The position numbers were made by a program, and so were the translations under genes. The notes below the pieces were generated by a model, which saw only the letters and a list, made by a program, of their open reading frames with translations, made no database searches and was not told the DNA's origin. From Spongospora subterranea f. sp. subterranea (Eukaryota), in NCBI GenBank assembly GCA_049724395.1, contig JAUGWO010000059.1:186001-250000 (forward strand): a stretch of 64,000 nt of DNA, given 5' to 3'. Below, piece after piece: positions 13,250 to 25,422 of this stretch. Each line of letters opens with the position of its first letter. Positions within the stretch are counted from its first letter, which is position 1.

Positions 13250-14250
13250 AAGCGTCTGGCACATTATGGGCGCTCCATAACAAAACGCCATAACGCGCCC
13301 AAAATGACATTTTGAAAATGGAGCTCTGACCTCCATTTTGGCTCCATAACTGCAAAGCCATGGTTGATGATCATGCGTTTTCCTATATCTTTTACCCTGG
13401 TCTATACTGGGCTGTGCAACATGTTATCAAGGAGCCCCGTCATACTTGGTCTTTCTCTGGCAAGGCTTGGGTCACCGAACTGCTGGATGGTAATCCCACG
13501 TCGTTTCCCAAACCAGATGAGGATGCAGCGAGAAACCTTCTTGACTATTATTCACATCATGTTGGAGAAAGGTGTCTTGGGACCGAGTCGCCATGTATCG
13601 GTAGAAGAAAAATTTGACATATTTTCTTTATACCGTATTGTCGGACAATATGCCTCAAATTGGCAAACTCAACAAATGTTTCAGCGAAGCGGGTGGACCA
13701 TCACAAAATGTTTTAACAAATCAGTCAATGCGATGAAGGCAATCCATCCTGACATATTTCGCTTGCCAGCACTCCACTGCCCCGCAGAGATTAGGGAAAA
13801 TCCGAAAATATATTTCTATTTTCAAGATTGTATCGGGGCCAATGATAGAACTCATATTCCGTGCACTCCTGTTCGAGGCTTTTCGAGACCGTTCCGCAAC
13901 CGAAAAGGCTATTGTAGTCAAGATGTCCTGACGGCATGCACGTTCGACCTGCGATTTACATATGTTTTCGCAAGGTGGGAGGGATCGGCATCCGACGGTG
14001 GTGTCTTCGCAGAAAGCTTCAAGGATTTCAATATTTGGTAAGGCATGGTATACAAAGGAACGCGGGTTCTTATGGGTCGGGTAATCCTGGTGTACTACCA
14101 GGGTTTCCCTACTTCCGCCTGGCCGCTACAAGTAGTGGGTATTTACTGAAGGAACATGCTTCGCATATTTGAAAAACAATTCAGGTTTCGGGTGGGATGC
14201 CATCACGCAAGTCCCGACAGCCGCCGACCAAGTTTGGGCAGCTTATTGAA
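13250..14250 (+). mobile_element. Degraded PIF/Harbinger element (transposase fragment followed by Myb/SANT partner fragment)
   Basis: YFQDCIGANDRTHIP...FRNRKGYCSQDVLTACTFDLRFTYVFARWEGSASD; LKNNSGFGWDAITQVPTA near 14170-14220. Confidence 0.85.
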
Positions 14251-14799
14251 ACTAACAATGTTTTTATCGGAATTTCGGACGACACCTTTCCCGTTACCTG
14301 TCAAACGTTGGAGATGGAGACGGTAGGTCTTCGCTTTCGCCGACCAGAACTGTGTGAGATGAAAAGAATCCAGGGGGCATCCCCGTGTGCTCGCCTGTAG
14401 CGACGGCGCCGCTGACCAGAATCATGTCACGGGCAAGGTGTCGTCAGAAATTTCCGAAATTTTTGTTAGTTTCAATAACCACTGCCCGAACTTCGTCGGG
14501 GGCTATCGGGACTTTCGTGACGACATCCCACTCGAAACCTGGTTGTTTTTCAAATACTCTTCTTCAAAGCATGCAGACGGGACTTGATCTTCCCCGGAAG
14601 TAGCCGCCCATCCGCGAGCTTCCCGCCTGCAGCTGCACGACTAGAAACTGGTCCTTGGTTGCGTCGCATACGGTTCTGTGATGGTTCTCCGATGGCGTCA
14701 TTGGGGGAACTGTCTGGGGAACGGGACAACTTTCTGAGGACTGTGTAATTGAGTGTCTGGCAAACAATCGCTCCATAATGGCAAATCGAGGCACCAACA

Positions 14800-15560
14800 C
14801 ACCTGCAAGAATACTGCTTTCAGTTGCTGAGGCAGGTTCATTTGGAATTGAAATACGCCTCCTTTAGCACGTATATTGATACCGTGCTCCATGAAGAGCG
14901 TCGTGCTGTTCGGATCCAAATGATTGGTTTTCCCATTGCGCAACCGCCTAGACAGAAGAGACGTGGAATAGTCGCGATTGCAATGACCGTCTTGGAGGAT
15001 CTCCCTGACCTACAAGAACCACGTTGATGTTCTCACTGATTTTTTCACCAAATAATGGGTCAATGCCATGCTGATCCTTTGTATAGAGGAAGAGAGAAGC
15101 GTGAAAGGCATCTCAATCGTGCAAATCTCATCAGGATATAAATCATCGCCTTCGCATGTCATGTTCACACCACTGCTGATATACTGATTATCAATGTCGT
15201 GGTTATGATCAAGGACAATGCTTTTCCAGAAATAAATATTAGCCGAGCAATTATAGCAGAAAGTATATCCAAGGGCACGTCGATTTTACTCCAAGTTTGC
15301 ATTTGGCAAATTATTATTGCAATAAAATTTCCCTTTGGAGGTAACTCGATCTCGCGTTAACACTAACGCACAGACAATTAACATAGAGACAAACCCAAAC
15401 AGCTGCTCGGATTGCTCATTCGTAACCTTGTTCACGTCCTAGATCGCCCTGAACCCGATATATTTAGCAAAAAATTGTACCTTGGCTTCAAGAGCCTCAA
15501 ACGAAGAGAATGTATCATCTAACGAAAGAGACCATAGAGTGGAGAGTGAATTGATCAGGT
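14800..15560 (-). pseudogene. MULE/FAR1-like transposase N-terminal remnant
   Basis: SLDDTFSSFEALEAKVQFFAKYIGFRAI ... GKFYC ... FWKSIVLDHNHD, typical of the FAR1/Mutator DNA-binding region; contains stops. Confidence 0.55.
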
Positions 15561-16075
15561 GCAAGCGAAAGGGCAACCTCAAACGGTACAAGGTATTGGG
15601 TATGGTGCTTGCGTCCCTAAAGTACCAAATACCCATAAAATCTAGATTGTTGCAATTGGAGCACGTCGCTAATCTATTTCGTTGTGCACCATTACCAGAA
15701 CGAACCAATGAGACCTGACGATGCAAGTTCGTGGAATTCGGAGCTTATTTCAGCGACACAGGGTTAGATAATACCTGAGGAAAGGATGACATTTGAAGAC
15801 GGGGGAGCGGGGGTGACTAGATCGGATCCAATGGAGATGACGGGTCAGATTTATGAAATAGTGTTGTGGTCGGCGATGTCGTGTTATTGTAATAATACCC
15901 TTGACCGTTGCCTTCAGGTAAAATATGGCAACAGACTCCCTCGACCGCTATCGTCAATTTCGAACATTCGCTTTTTGATGTGATTGTTGGCTGAATATAT
16001 AACATCTCACAATCCGTATTTCATAACCCATTATGATTATTCCGACAAATCGGTTCTATGTCAAACATTCTACGC

Positions 16076-18725
16076 TTATCCAGGTACACGATTTCCAAAC
16101 CGAAGATGATTTGGTTGTTCTCTATACTGGGTGGGATCTATTGTCATCTCTTCCACTGTCATCATATCTGATGGTAGCCGACTATTAGATTCAACTACAA
16201 CATCAATCGACATCAATCGAGCATGGGTTTCCATAGCGGAGGAAGGTGTTGAATCCACATATGTATCTCTGCCAATGTTGGCCAGAATCCAACGGAATTA
16301 TACCGAGACAAGTTGATATGAATACAAGAGAATGATCCTACACTTAAACGCATCAGGTTTATTTGACTTCATCTAACTTAGTTGTTGAGTCATTGGAGGG
16401 TCAACCCTTATCTAAACCTTGTGATGACCGAGAATCATATTGACAGATATCAGATTCCTTTGTGTCTGTCCAGGACAGCAATTGTGAACTGAAAGTGGTA
16501 GTGTATACAAATTCGCCCCATCTCCGAATAAATTCCTCAACACTTCCAGCGCAATGACGATCTAAACAATTGTAAATAGGACGGCACCTTTTGACAAAAG
16601 CGGTTAAATCCGGATGAGGCGATCTCTGTAATGCTGTCTTCGTAATCACGAACTGATCATACTGTTCGAGAATTTCGGAAAGCGCTGGGAGGAGGTCTCG
16701 GGTTGATTTTTTGCGAAGATCACGTCTTGCTGGAATATCAAATGGTCGGTCGCTCGATCCGCATTGAATGGACTCCAAGCCGTGACATTTCCGCTTGTAG
16801 AATTCCCCATGTGCGAATTCAGTGCCCCATTTTCGAATCCACTCATTTGTATTTTGGCCACAGTGATGAACAAAGCACCCCCAGATGGGTTTCGAAGACT
16901 GGTTATAATATTGTCGGAAAACCTTTTGAGCCTCGGGGCCACTTGATTCGTATTTCTCGTTGAATTCAAAACACAGTTGAGTTTTTCTTCTGCGGTTTTT
17001 GACATTGAAACAGCAACAACAAGAGCATTGAGATCCAATAAACCGGAGTCTTTGTCTCTGAAAGCACAAATGTTAATCAGTTTTTTCTAAAAAAAGGCGA
17101 ATGAAAACCTGTTGTCAGGGTTTCTGACGATTTTCGTCCTCTGGTAACCGCAGGTGTTATGATTTAATCCACGACCGGGGCAGCATTTCAATCCAAAAAA
17201 ACGGTGCTTGAAACGCGTTCCCCAACGTGTCTGGAACAGGTCCATGTCTTTGCCACAACATTTCACAAGACATTGAAGGACGGGGATACAGTTGTTCTTG
17301 AGATAAACAATCACGTTATGACTAATACTGCAGAGCGATCTTCTGCCAGAGACCAGTTTCAAAACAAGATTCGAAATTAGGATCAGTTTTTTCAGGGTGC
17401 TGGTTGCCTTGGCAATTAGCCTAATTTCAGGAACATCGATGTTGTTTTGTCCGACCCCAACCTTATCCCGCCCCGACTTTCCGACCAACAGTAGTTCCAT
17501 CATGTGTTCCGTCGTGGCGACACTGTTGTGAAACTCGACCTGTTCTGTATTCGTCCCCTTTCCCTAAACAGACGATACCGTTTGTGATCATCAAACACCA
17601 GACAGAGCGGGGAACCAGAGTTCTGACCAGAAACACACAGAGACTATCATAGTCTTTGACCTCATCCAGGTCCCAGTTTAGGCGACGACAGAGCATTCTC
17701 AATCCCATTAAGTACTTGGCATTACGAAAATTAACGATTTTGTGAGTCCGCTTCGGAAATCCATTCTAGTACGCCAAAATCAGATATTGGTGATCACGAT
17801 TCTCGGCAATCGCCTTACTGGCACGAAATTCTCACGAACGTCAACAGGCTGGTTTTGTGAATTAATCGTATTTTCGATGCGGCAATCGAAAGTTGTGCCC
17901 TCAATGCTTTCTGTTGACTGTTGACCATCAATACTGATACGGGATTCATCACGGTTTGAACTCGTGCTCGGGGTCCAATCCTAACACAAACTTAGCAAAG
18001 CCAAACACAATTTGGAAATGGACTGAACGGGGAAGTGTCTGGAAGAACTGTCACCAAACTGATGGGCGTTTCTGTTATCGGGCACGAAATTCTCGGGAAA
18101 GTCCTTTGACGGCAACATTTCCGAATCAATAGGAATCCGATTTAGATCGATAAGGTAATGAAGGTTCTCGCCCTCTTGTCTCAACTGTTGAGAATCCATA
18201 CTGATATGGGACGCGTCAATTTTCAAACCCGGTCCCGAGTGCCATTCCTAAAAAGCCCTCAACAAGCCAGATCTTTATATGAAGATGAACAGAACAACCA
18301 CATTCATCGAAGAACTTTCATCAAACTGGTCGACGTTTCTGTTATCGGGCACGAGAATCTCGGGAAAGTCTTTTGATGGCAACATTTCCGAATCAATAGG
18401 AATTCGATTTAGATCGATAAGGCAATCGACTTTCTCGCTCTCTTGGCTCAACTGTTGAGAATCGATACTGATATGGGACAGGTCAATTTTCAAACCCGGA
18501 CCCGAGTGCCATTCCTAAAAACGCACTTAACAAGCCGATATCTCTATCTTTGGAGCGATATTCCGCCATCCATACCGAGAATGTCGAGGAGACGATTGTT
18601 ATTGTGTCGGCATTGACCTGACCGGACCCAAGCGGTTCGCCCCGAACATGACCATGTTCGGTTGTCACAGATCGAGTCGGTCTGGTCGCCACCAGCAACA
18701 ATATCAACAAGTTGAGGACACGCAT
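16076..18725 (-). CDS. Candidate secreted effector, copy A: signal peptide, 2x DLNRIP (EAR-like) exons, 3 Cys/His modules
   Basis: MRVLNLLILLLVATRPTRS N-terminus; phase-0 GT-AG introns; duplicated exon with LIDLNRIP; repeated PxxxCxxxCxxxxxxx(F/W)xx(R/K)WGxxF pattern. Confidence 0.7.
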
Positions 18726-19299
18726 TGGAGGAATGGACGGCGCAACAGTAGCGCGGTTCGCCATCGGGCAAGGATGAGTTCAGAGTTGAGGATGAGAACG
18801 GGAACATATCTATGTGTTATACACCAGGGTAAAGATTACCCTCATCCTCTCCCACCTATTCAACTTTCCTGTTGTGATTTGATATTGTATTTGATATGTC
18901 CGTTGTTCTACTACATTCCAGAGGTGCGCAATAATATATTGTGGGTAAAAATTGTAAGAGAATATGTAGAACATTTAAAACAAATGATGAGGCTATTAAA
19001 TTCCGCGATGAAACATTATTAAATATAGATGATTGATATTTTTGTAAAAAATTAAAAAAATGAAAATATTTATAATTAACAATATGAAAGATCTAATTAA
19101 ATTTTACAATATAGGAGTAATACTTGAAAATTCGGGTGAGTTTCAAAATGTGCAAAAAAAAAGCTGGACATGGAACAGGACAATCACCCATTGCTGCCTG
19201 AAATCCCGAAATGGAGTTTCGGTTCAAAAGAGCTGTGCGAACGTCAACTAGCTCATGTGGAAGAAGCGCTGAGTTTCCCTGGGCTTGGTAGTCCGGTAA

Positions 19300-20120
19300 A
19301 TCAACTTTAGTGAGCCTTTGGTACCTGTGTTATGACAGTGTTTAGCTCCGGGATTGAGTAAATCGATTCGTACCTGTTCTTAACAGCGGCAAGTTCGCGG
19401 GGAGATCCACAGCGCCACAGCTGCGGACGTGATGCATGGAAACGACAACCGCTCAACACTCCCGAATCATAGAGCGTGATACAGTTGTGGCATGGCTCTT
19501 GATACGGCCCTCCCTGATTCTTCGCCACGTGCAGGTTCGAGACAGCACTCAGGAGCTGATTACAAGCGCCGGGATCGTTCCATGCCCCGACGACACGATT
19601 GCCGTGCCTGTAAAGTAATCCCGGATCGGGCCAACACGAGATGCGTCTGATGCGGCATCGGCAAATATCGACAAGGGAGTTCCGGAAGGCAGCACCTTGA
19701 AACCAATATAAGCCATGTGAGCAATGGGCAAGTGAGTTGCGAGATGCCATACCTTAAAGTCGATATAGGCCATAAGCGAATCGGCGCTCATGCTCGGACA
19801 GAATTCCAAGGGTGCGTTCTCGCTGAAAACGACGAGAGACGCAAAATCAAAAATTCTCTTCAGAAACAATATCAAACCCCGGAAAACGGATCCGTATTGC
19901 CTGGAGGAATTGGCCGCTAACACTCGCGACCCCATTAGGCCAACCTTCGTTGCCGACAGCGACAAGCCATTCGAGACATGACGTCTTGAACTTTGCTCGC
20001 CACAGCATCCTCCTCAGCCGGCGTTAGACCCTTCATGCGCGTTGGCGATTGTTTGAGTTGCCGTCTCCTGACGTCGTGCGGCGCGGTATCCCCCTCATCG
20101 ACCTGGGATTGATCCATCCC
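19300..20120 (-). pseudogene. Possible tyrosine-recombinase (Crypton-like) N-terminal fragment
   Basis: MAYIDFK ... WNDPGACNQLLSAVSNLHVAKNQGGPYQEPCHNC...GCRFH..PQLWRCGSP; Cys/His-rich segment recalled from YR-type elements, not verified. Confidence 0.35.
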
Positions 20121-20389
20121 GATCGATTTTCGAACCCAGGTTCGTTTCAAACCGAACCAGGTTCGTTCACATTCCTTTTCATTGTTGGTGTATAATAGGC
20201 ATGTAAATATATATTCAAGTCCAATGGATAAATAAATACTATATACTGATCCCAGACTTCACTGGAAACAACTGGGATGAATTTAAGCGGAAACATGAAC
20301 TACAGTTCATAATCATGGGTATAATAACTCAAATGGAACTGCTAATTTATCCCCCACATTTTAAAACTCACCCGAATTATCAAGTATTA

Positions 20390-20963
20390 CAGTAAGCATT
20401 CGCTTAAGTCCGCGTCGCGGATAAGTCCGCATTGTAAATGAACAAAAATGTGGATCAACATATTCGGAAATTTTTATTGAGATTGAGTAAATCCAAAATC
20501 GTGTAGAGTCATTTGCCGACTTTCAGCGATTCTCTCTCTTGAAATCATCGAAACTGCTTGCTGTATGATATCATTTGCCGATAGTATGTTGTTGAGCATT
20601 CCATCAATCTTGCCTTGAACCAAAAATCGTGATTCTGGTAGATTGCGAATTCTTGAATTGAGGTCAACAACGTGCAAGAGAATGTCGTGGATTGAATTCT
20701 TTACAAATTATTCGTCAATCTCGACTGAGCCCTCCGAAATCACTTCATCGTTTCCTGGTTCGACTTCATCCTCCTCGTTCTCAAATTAATTTCCAATATC
20801 TTCAATAACCGCTTGTTGATACACTTCAGAATCGGGTTCATCCAAACCCAACCGGAATTTTCGTACAAGACGAGGACTGCAATGCGCTAAAAGTCCGCAA
20901 CCTTCGGATAAGTCCGCAGTAGGCAGCCAAGATCAAGGTGCGGACTTAGGGAAATGATTACTG
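20390..20963 (-). mobile_element. Non-autonomous pogo/Tigger-like element (internal deletion derivative)
   Basis: TIRs CAGTAAGCATTCGCTTAAGTCCGC / GCGGACTTAGGGAAATGATTACTG with TA on both flanks; keeps a transposase C-terminal tail ending RQMTLHDFGF. Confidence 0.85.
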
Positions 20964-21297
20964 TATGTAGGTATTACCTTTGTTGGGTCTGTGTATATAA
21001 CTAAGTTATTCCACTGGGGCACTTATTTTTGGGTGGACTGTCCATGCGTGGATAGTCCACCCAAACCCTAAGGGCTCGTTTGGATGCCAAGCATTATCCG
21101 GATATTTGGGCCGAATATCCGGATATTGGCGATATCCGGATATTTTTCAAAAGTGGCTCGTTTGGACGTCATTTTCCCGGAGAAAAATATCCGGATATTG
21201 GGCCCAATATCCGGATAAAAAATATTCTACTCTGACCTGGAAATTTTGGGGATATTGCGTGGAGGTCTACCTCGTGTCATCACGCCTGCTCTCTACA

Positions 21298-22370
21298 ATG
21301 CCGACGCAGGCATCTTCCATTCCGACGAAGATAACGAGTAGAGCCGCGTGGAGCCTGGACAAGGATGAAGCCTTGGTGGCGCTGTTGATTCAGCAAGCTA
21401 ATAATGGAAAACGGGCTGATACTGGCTTTAAGAAAGAAGCATGGACCTATGTCCATGCTTCTTTCAATCAGCGTTTCCACACTGACTATAGTGTAGAAAA
21501 AAATGAAAACAAGGATCAAATAAGTAAGAGTATGGCAACCATAAATTGTACTTTTTTCAGACTGTTTCCAGCTGAAGAAGTGCCACTCTACGTTTTCCCG
21601 CGTGAAAAACAATAGTGGCTTTGGCTGGGACGAAGTTCGCCAGATTCCCACAGCGTCCGATTCTGTGTGGGACGCATACCTTCTAGTTGGTCCCCAATCT
21701 TTGAAATGATTCCATGAATTAATCAAACTACTACGTACAGGTGCACCCACAGGCAAAACCGTACAGGACAACGACTCTACCCCTGTTTAACGAGTTGGAA
21801 GAGCTTTTCGTTGGAGCATCAGCGACCGGCTCTCGATCTCTGGCATCGGATGGATTTTTCCAAATTGACAGCCATTCTCGCGAAATTCAGTCATCATCGT
21901 CAGGATCGTTGTCATCGTCATCATCATCAGGCAATGATGATGCTGCTGCGGAATCTTTTTATCAAGACGAGCACGAAGATTCATTTGATGATCGATTTGT
22001 GTCTCCATTAACTTCCAGAATTCAACCAAAGAAAAGAGCGTCATTGCCTGACCCGATGCCGAAGAAAATTATCAAGAAAAGCAAGCCATCCACTCAGATG
22101 CATGCTTCAACTCCAGAATCTGCTGGCAGAGTTCGGGTGACCGGCGCGTCTTTGCTTGCACAAGCAATCAATGGGCTGAATAGTCAGCCAACCGTCACTC
22201 ACGGGCACAACGCCGTAAAGATTCTCCAAGAATCTTACAAGTTTTCTGAACCGGATATGATAAAAGCTTTCAATTTGATGTTGGACGTCAACAAAGCAGC
22301 TCTTTTTACCGCTATGGCTCCAGGCAAACTAAGAGACGCTTGGTTGCAAAGCGAGTTAACCATGGAATAA
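21298..22370 (+). CDS. Harbinger Myb/SANT-like DNA-binding protein
   Basis: WSLDKDEALVALLIQQANNGKRADTGFKKEAW ... NSGFGWD ... HPQAKPYR..LPLFNELEELF ... LRDAWL; possible frameshift in an A-run near 21500. Confidence 0.85.
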
Positions 22371-22372
22371 AT

Positions 22373-23684
22373 TTATTGGCGATTATCCAAAATAGTCTGG
22401 TATTGACACCACATTGCTGCTGCAATGCCGTCCCGCATTAGCTTTGCCTCGGTTGATGCTTCTGTAATTTCGTCTTCCACACTGTATCGGAGGTAATATC
22501 GGCTACAGTGGCAGATTTCTCCATTTCCAGGTCAGCCTATGAAAAGAGAGTCAGTTTATAAGCAAAAATTCAGATCAGACGTACCTGTTGCTCGATTAGA
22601 TCCCCCGCGCCACCAGACATCCGTATGAAATTGTGCAACACACAGCACGCAATGAACAAATGCGCCTGCATTTCAAGAGAAAACTCTGGAGCGTGGACGA
22701 TTATGGGAAACCTACGCTTCAGTATCCCGAAAATTCTCTCAATTGCATTCCGCATTTGAGAATGTCTCAAGTTGTACAACTCTTTCGCGGTCTGGGGCCT
22801 GTGAATCTTAATAAAGATAACGAGAACACGCATGTGACAGACCTCATATTGCCCTGCTTCCATTCGCGGAGGTGATATCGCACCCCGCGGGAAGGAGTCA
22901 TCACTTCCGTCGTTAGAGCGTAACCAGCGTCTCCCAGATCAAACTTGCCTTGAGGAGTGGTGAAACCTTTTAGACAGGCATCCGACAGCACTGTTGAATC
23001 TGCTGCAGACCCTTCCCAGCCAGCGAGAATGTAGGTGAAACAAAGGTCAAACGAGCAAGCCGCAAATATGTTTTGGCTCAGGAATCCCTTCCGGTTTCTG
23101 TAGGGTTGAGCTTCCTTCGCAGACATAAAAGCTGCGATATGCGTTCCGTCGAATGCCATTCGGCAATTTTGGAAAAAGGGATACATCTTCGGGTTTTGCC
23201 GAATTTGTAAGGGTGTATCATTGGCAGGTAGCCTTATATAGTCGCAAGCCATTCGGCAAATGGCAACAGTAACATTGCGAAGAACCCTAATATCAAACTA
23301 ATGAGGTGGGAATTTGTATGACAAACAGCCAGATAATAACAACCTGCTAATCGTTTCGCCGCTCCTTTGAAATCGCTCTTGAGCGTCGCGATTTTTTGCA
23401 CTCTGTGATACGGTGAACAAAAAAATTGCCACCTGTTCTGATACTTCCATGTGCCTAGTTGCACGTAATGTCCCCGAATCGGTGAGTATGTTCACCAATT
23501 TCACAAAAAGTGAGGTGTTCATTCTCAAATTCTCGTATATCCGAGTTGAAATAAGCTCGGCAATCCAACTGGCTCCGCTGAGCCTTGAGGTTCGGCAAGG
23601 GGATCTAACGCAGAATGTGTTGGCGTAATACGCAGCAACGACGCCAACGATTCGTTTTTTGATCTGTTCATGATGATCTTCCAT
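22373..23684 (-). CDS. Harbinger DDE transposase (HARBI1-like), catalytic triad intact
   Basis: AFDGTHI, GWEGSAADS, DLGDAGY and RNAIERIFGILKRRF across short introns. Confidence 0.9.
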
Positions 23685-24179
23685 TGGGGATAATAACCAA
23701 ATCGCAACCAATTCGTATACACTGACATGGAACATAAGACGACATACCCCGTGACCCCTGATGTGGTTGTTTGGATGAAAAAAACCGCGAAATCCGGATA
23801 TTGTAATATTCGGATATTGACATAGGGATATCCGGATATTAATATCCGGATATCAAATCCGTGGCATCCAAATGGGCCCTAAAAGACACTTCCGCATAAA
23901 ACAACCTTAATCCACGCACTTTTTTCAAAGAGGACCTTTAATTCCGAACAGAGGACGCCTTCTTTGATAAACATGTTTGGGCTGAAAGAATCTATTGAAA
24001 GTTTTATCGAAAAAAAAAAGTCTGCCTTAATACCGATGTGAATTTCTGCAATTTGAAACAACGTTCACGCGCAGAAGATTTGTTCGAAAATTGATGAACA
24101 AACAATGGAACATCGCATCAACGATCTTTCGCGGTTTTCTGGGTATCTCAGTCTCAGCTCGAAAGTGAAGAAACCAACA

Positions 24180-24960
24180 GATGGAGAAAGTAAAGCTCCG
24201 TTTGATATTGCTCAAGGTATATTGTTTAATGTGCTTGGATAGCCAATCAAGCGATTTCCCATCGGTTTTTCGACCATCTTCCAATATTTCAGCTGCGACA
24301 AGACAGTTTTCTGGCGTCACACCACTACCAAAGGACCGCGCCGTATCAATAATTGCATCAATAACTGTTCTTAGGCGATTAAAGAACCTTCTCTCGTCAC
24401 CCTGGCACCATTTTGATCCCCATCTCCTTTCCAAATCCCTGACTTTTAAACCTCCACCTAGTCCCTCAGACCACTCTCTCCATAGGTCCACCAGAATGGA
24501 TTCCTCTGCTCATTTTGTACGGAACTGGGTTCTCACCATCACATTCGCCTTGCATGACCGGATGACCGACATTACATGGCTCCGTTGGACGACTTTCATC
24601 CCGTGATTCTTGCCATTGAGCATTGATTGTGACCGGCACCCTGCCAGAAAGTAAATCCCCTAAATTCTCCCGCAATGAAGATAGACGTGATATCGGATCG
24701 ATTGTCGCTGTTCTTCTGATCTTGATGGACCGCATCACCCTTTTCAGACAGTGCTGGCATCACTTGTTGTAGCCGATTTTCCGTCGGGTCACAAGCTTTG
24801 CTGACTGCTGTGAGTAAATCGCGGGAGAAATTACCATAGATATCACAAGAGAATATATTTGCACTCTCTAAAGGATGCTCAGGATACTTCGATCTCATAA
24901 ATACCGAATCCCCATTGGCAGCAGTAGAGACAGCGCCCTGCAAGACGACGTCGAGTCGCT
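24180..24960 (-). pseudogene. Crypton (CryptonF-type) C-terminal region with GCR1_C domain, frameshifted
   Basis: SVFMRSKYPEHPL...DPTENRLQQVMPAL, then YKMSRGIHS / DLWREWSEGLGGGLKVRDLERRWGSKW...ERRFFNR (GCR1_C pattern). Confidence 0.75.
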
Positions 24961-25422
24961 TTCTCCAACGTTAGTGCAGCACGTGGGGTTATGATGGAGT
25001 GAAGCGATACTTCTGTAGCGAATAAAACGGATTAACCGCCTCAATCACCATCGGAACCCTTCTCTAACCAATATTGAAGGGCGTTCTATAAACGAAACAA
25101 GATGATACGATATAACTACAGTATCCGCCATTATTGGCTTTCATAAACAGATTGAACCAAACATGGCAGGTCGAGTGTCCCTCTTTCCTACGACATTGGC
25201 TTCGATAATCAACCAAAAGGTGATGCAGCGTGTAGTAGAACAACGGACAGATCAAATACAGAACTAAATCACAATAGGAAAGTCAAATAGGGGGAGAGGA
25301 TAATCGGGTAATCTTTACCCTGGTGTATAACACATAGATATGTTCCCGTTATCATCCTTGACACTGAACTCATCCTTGCCCGATGGCGAACCGCGATACT
25401 GTTGCGCCATCCCATTCCTGCA

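Larger units (their letters stand above)
21072..23879. mobile_element. Full-length PIF/Harbinger transposon
   Basis: TIRs GGGCTCGTTTGGATGCC / GGCATCCAAATGGGCCC; TAA target-site duplication on both sides; subterminal ATATCCGGATAT palindromes; two convergent genes. Confidence 0.95.

Noticed and set aside
18930..19160. Very AT-rich patch
   Set aside because: Short, with no repeat structure or ORF support; likely TE or intergenic filler
21095..21220. Clustered ATATCCGGATAT palindromes (also at ~23790-23855)
   Set aside because: Explained as Harbinger subterminal binding sites
19300..24960. Single Crypton split by later insertions
   Set aside because: On the minus strand the GCR1_C part precedes the putative N-terminal part, the reverse of the expected order, so they are treated as separate remnants
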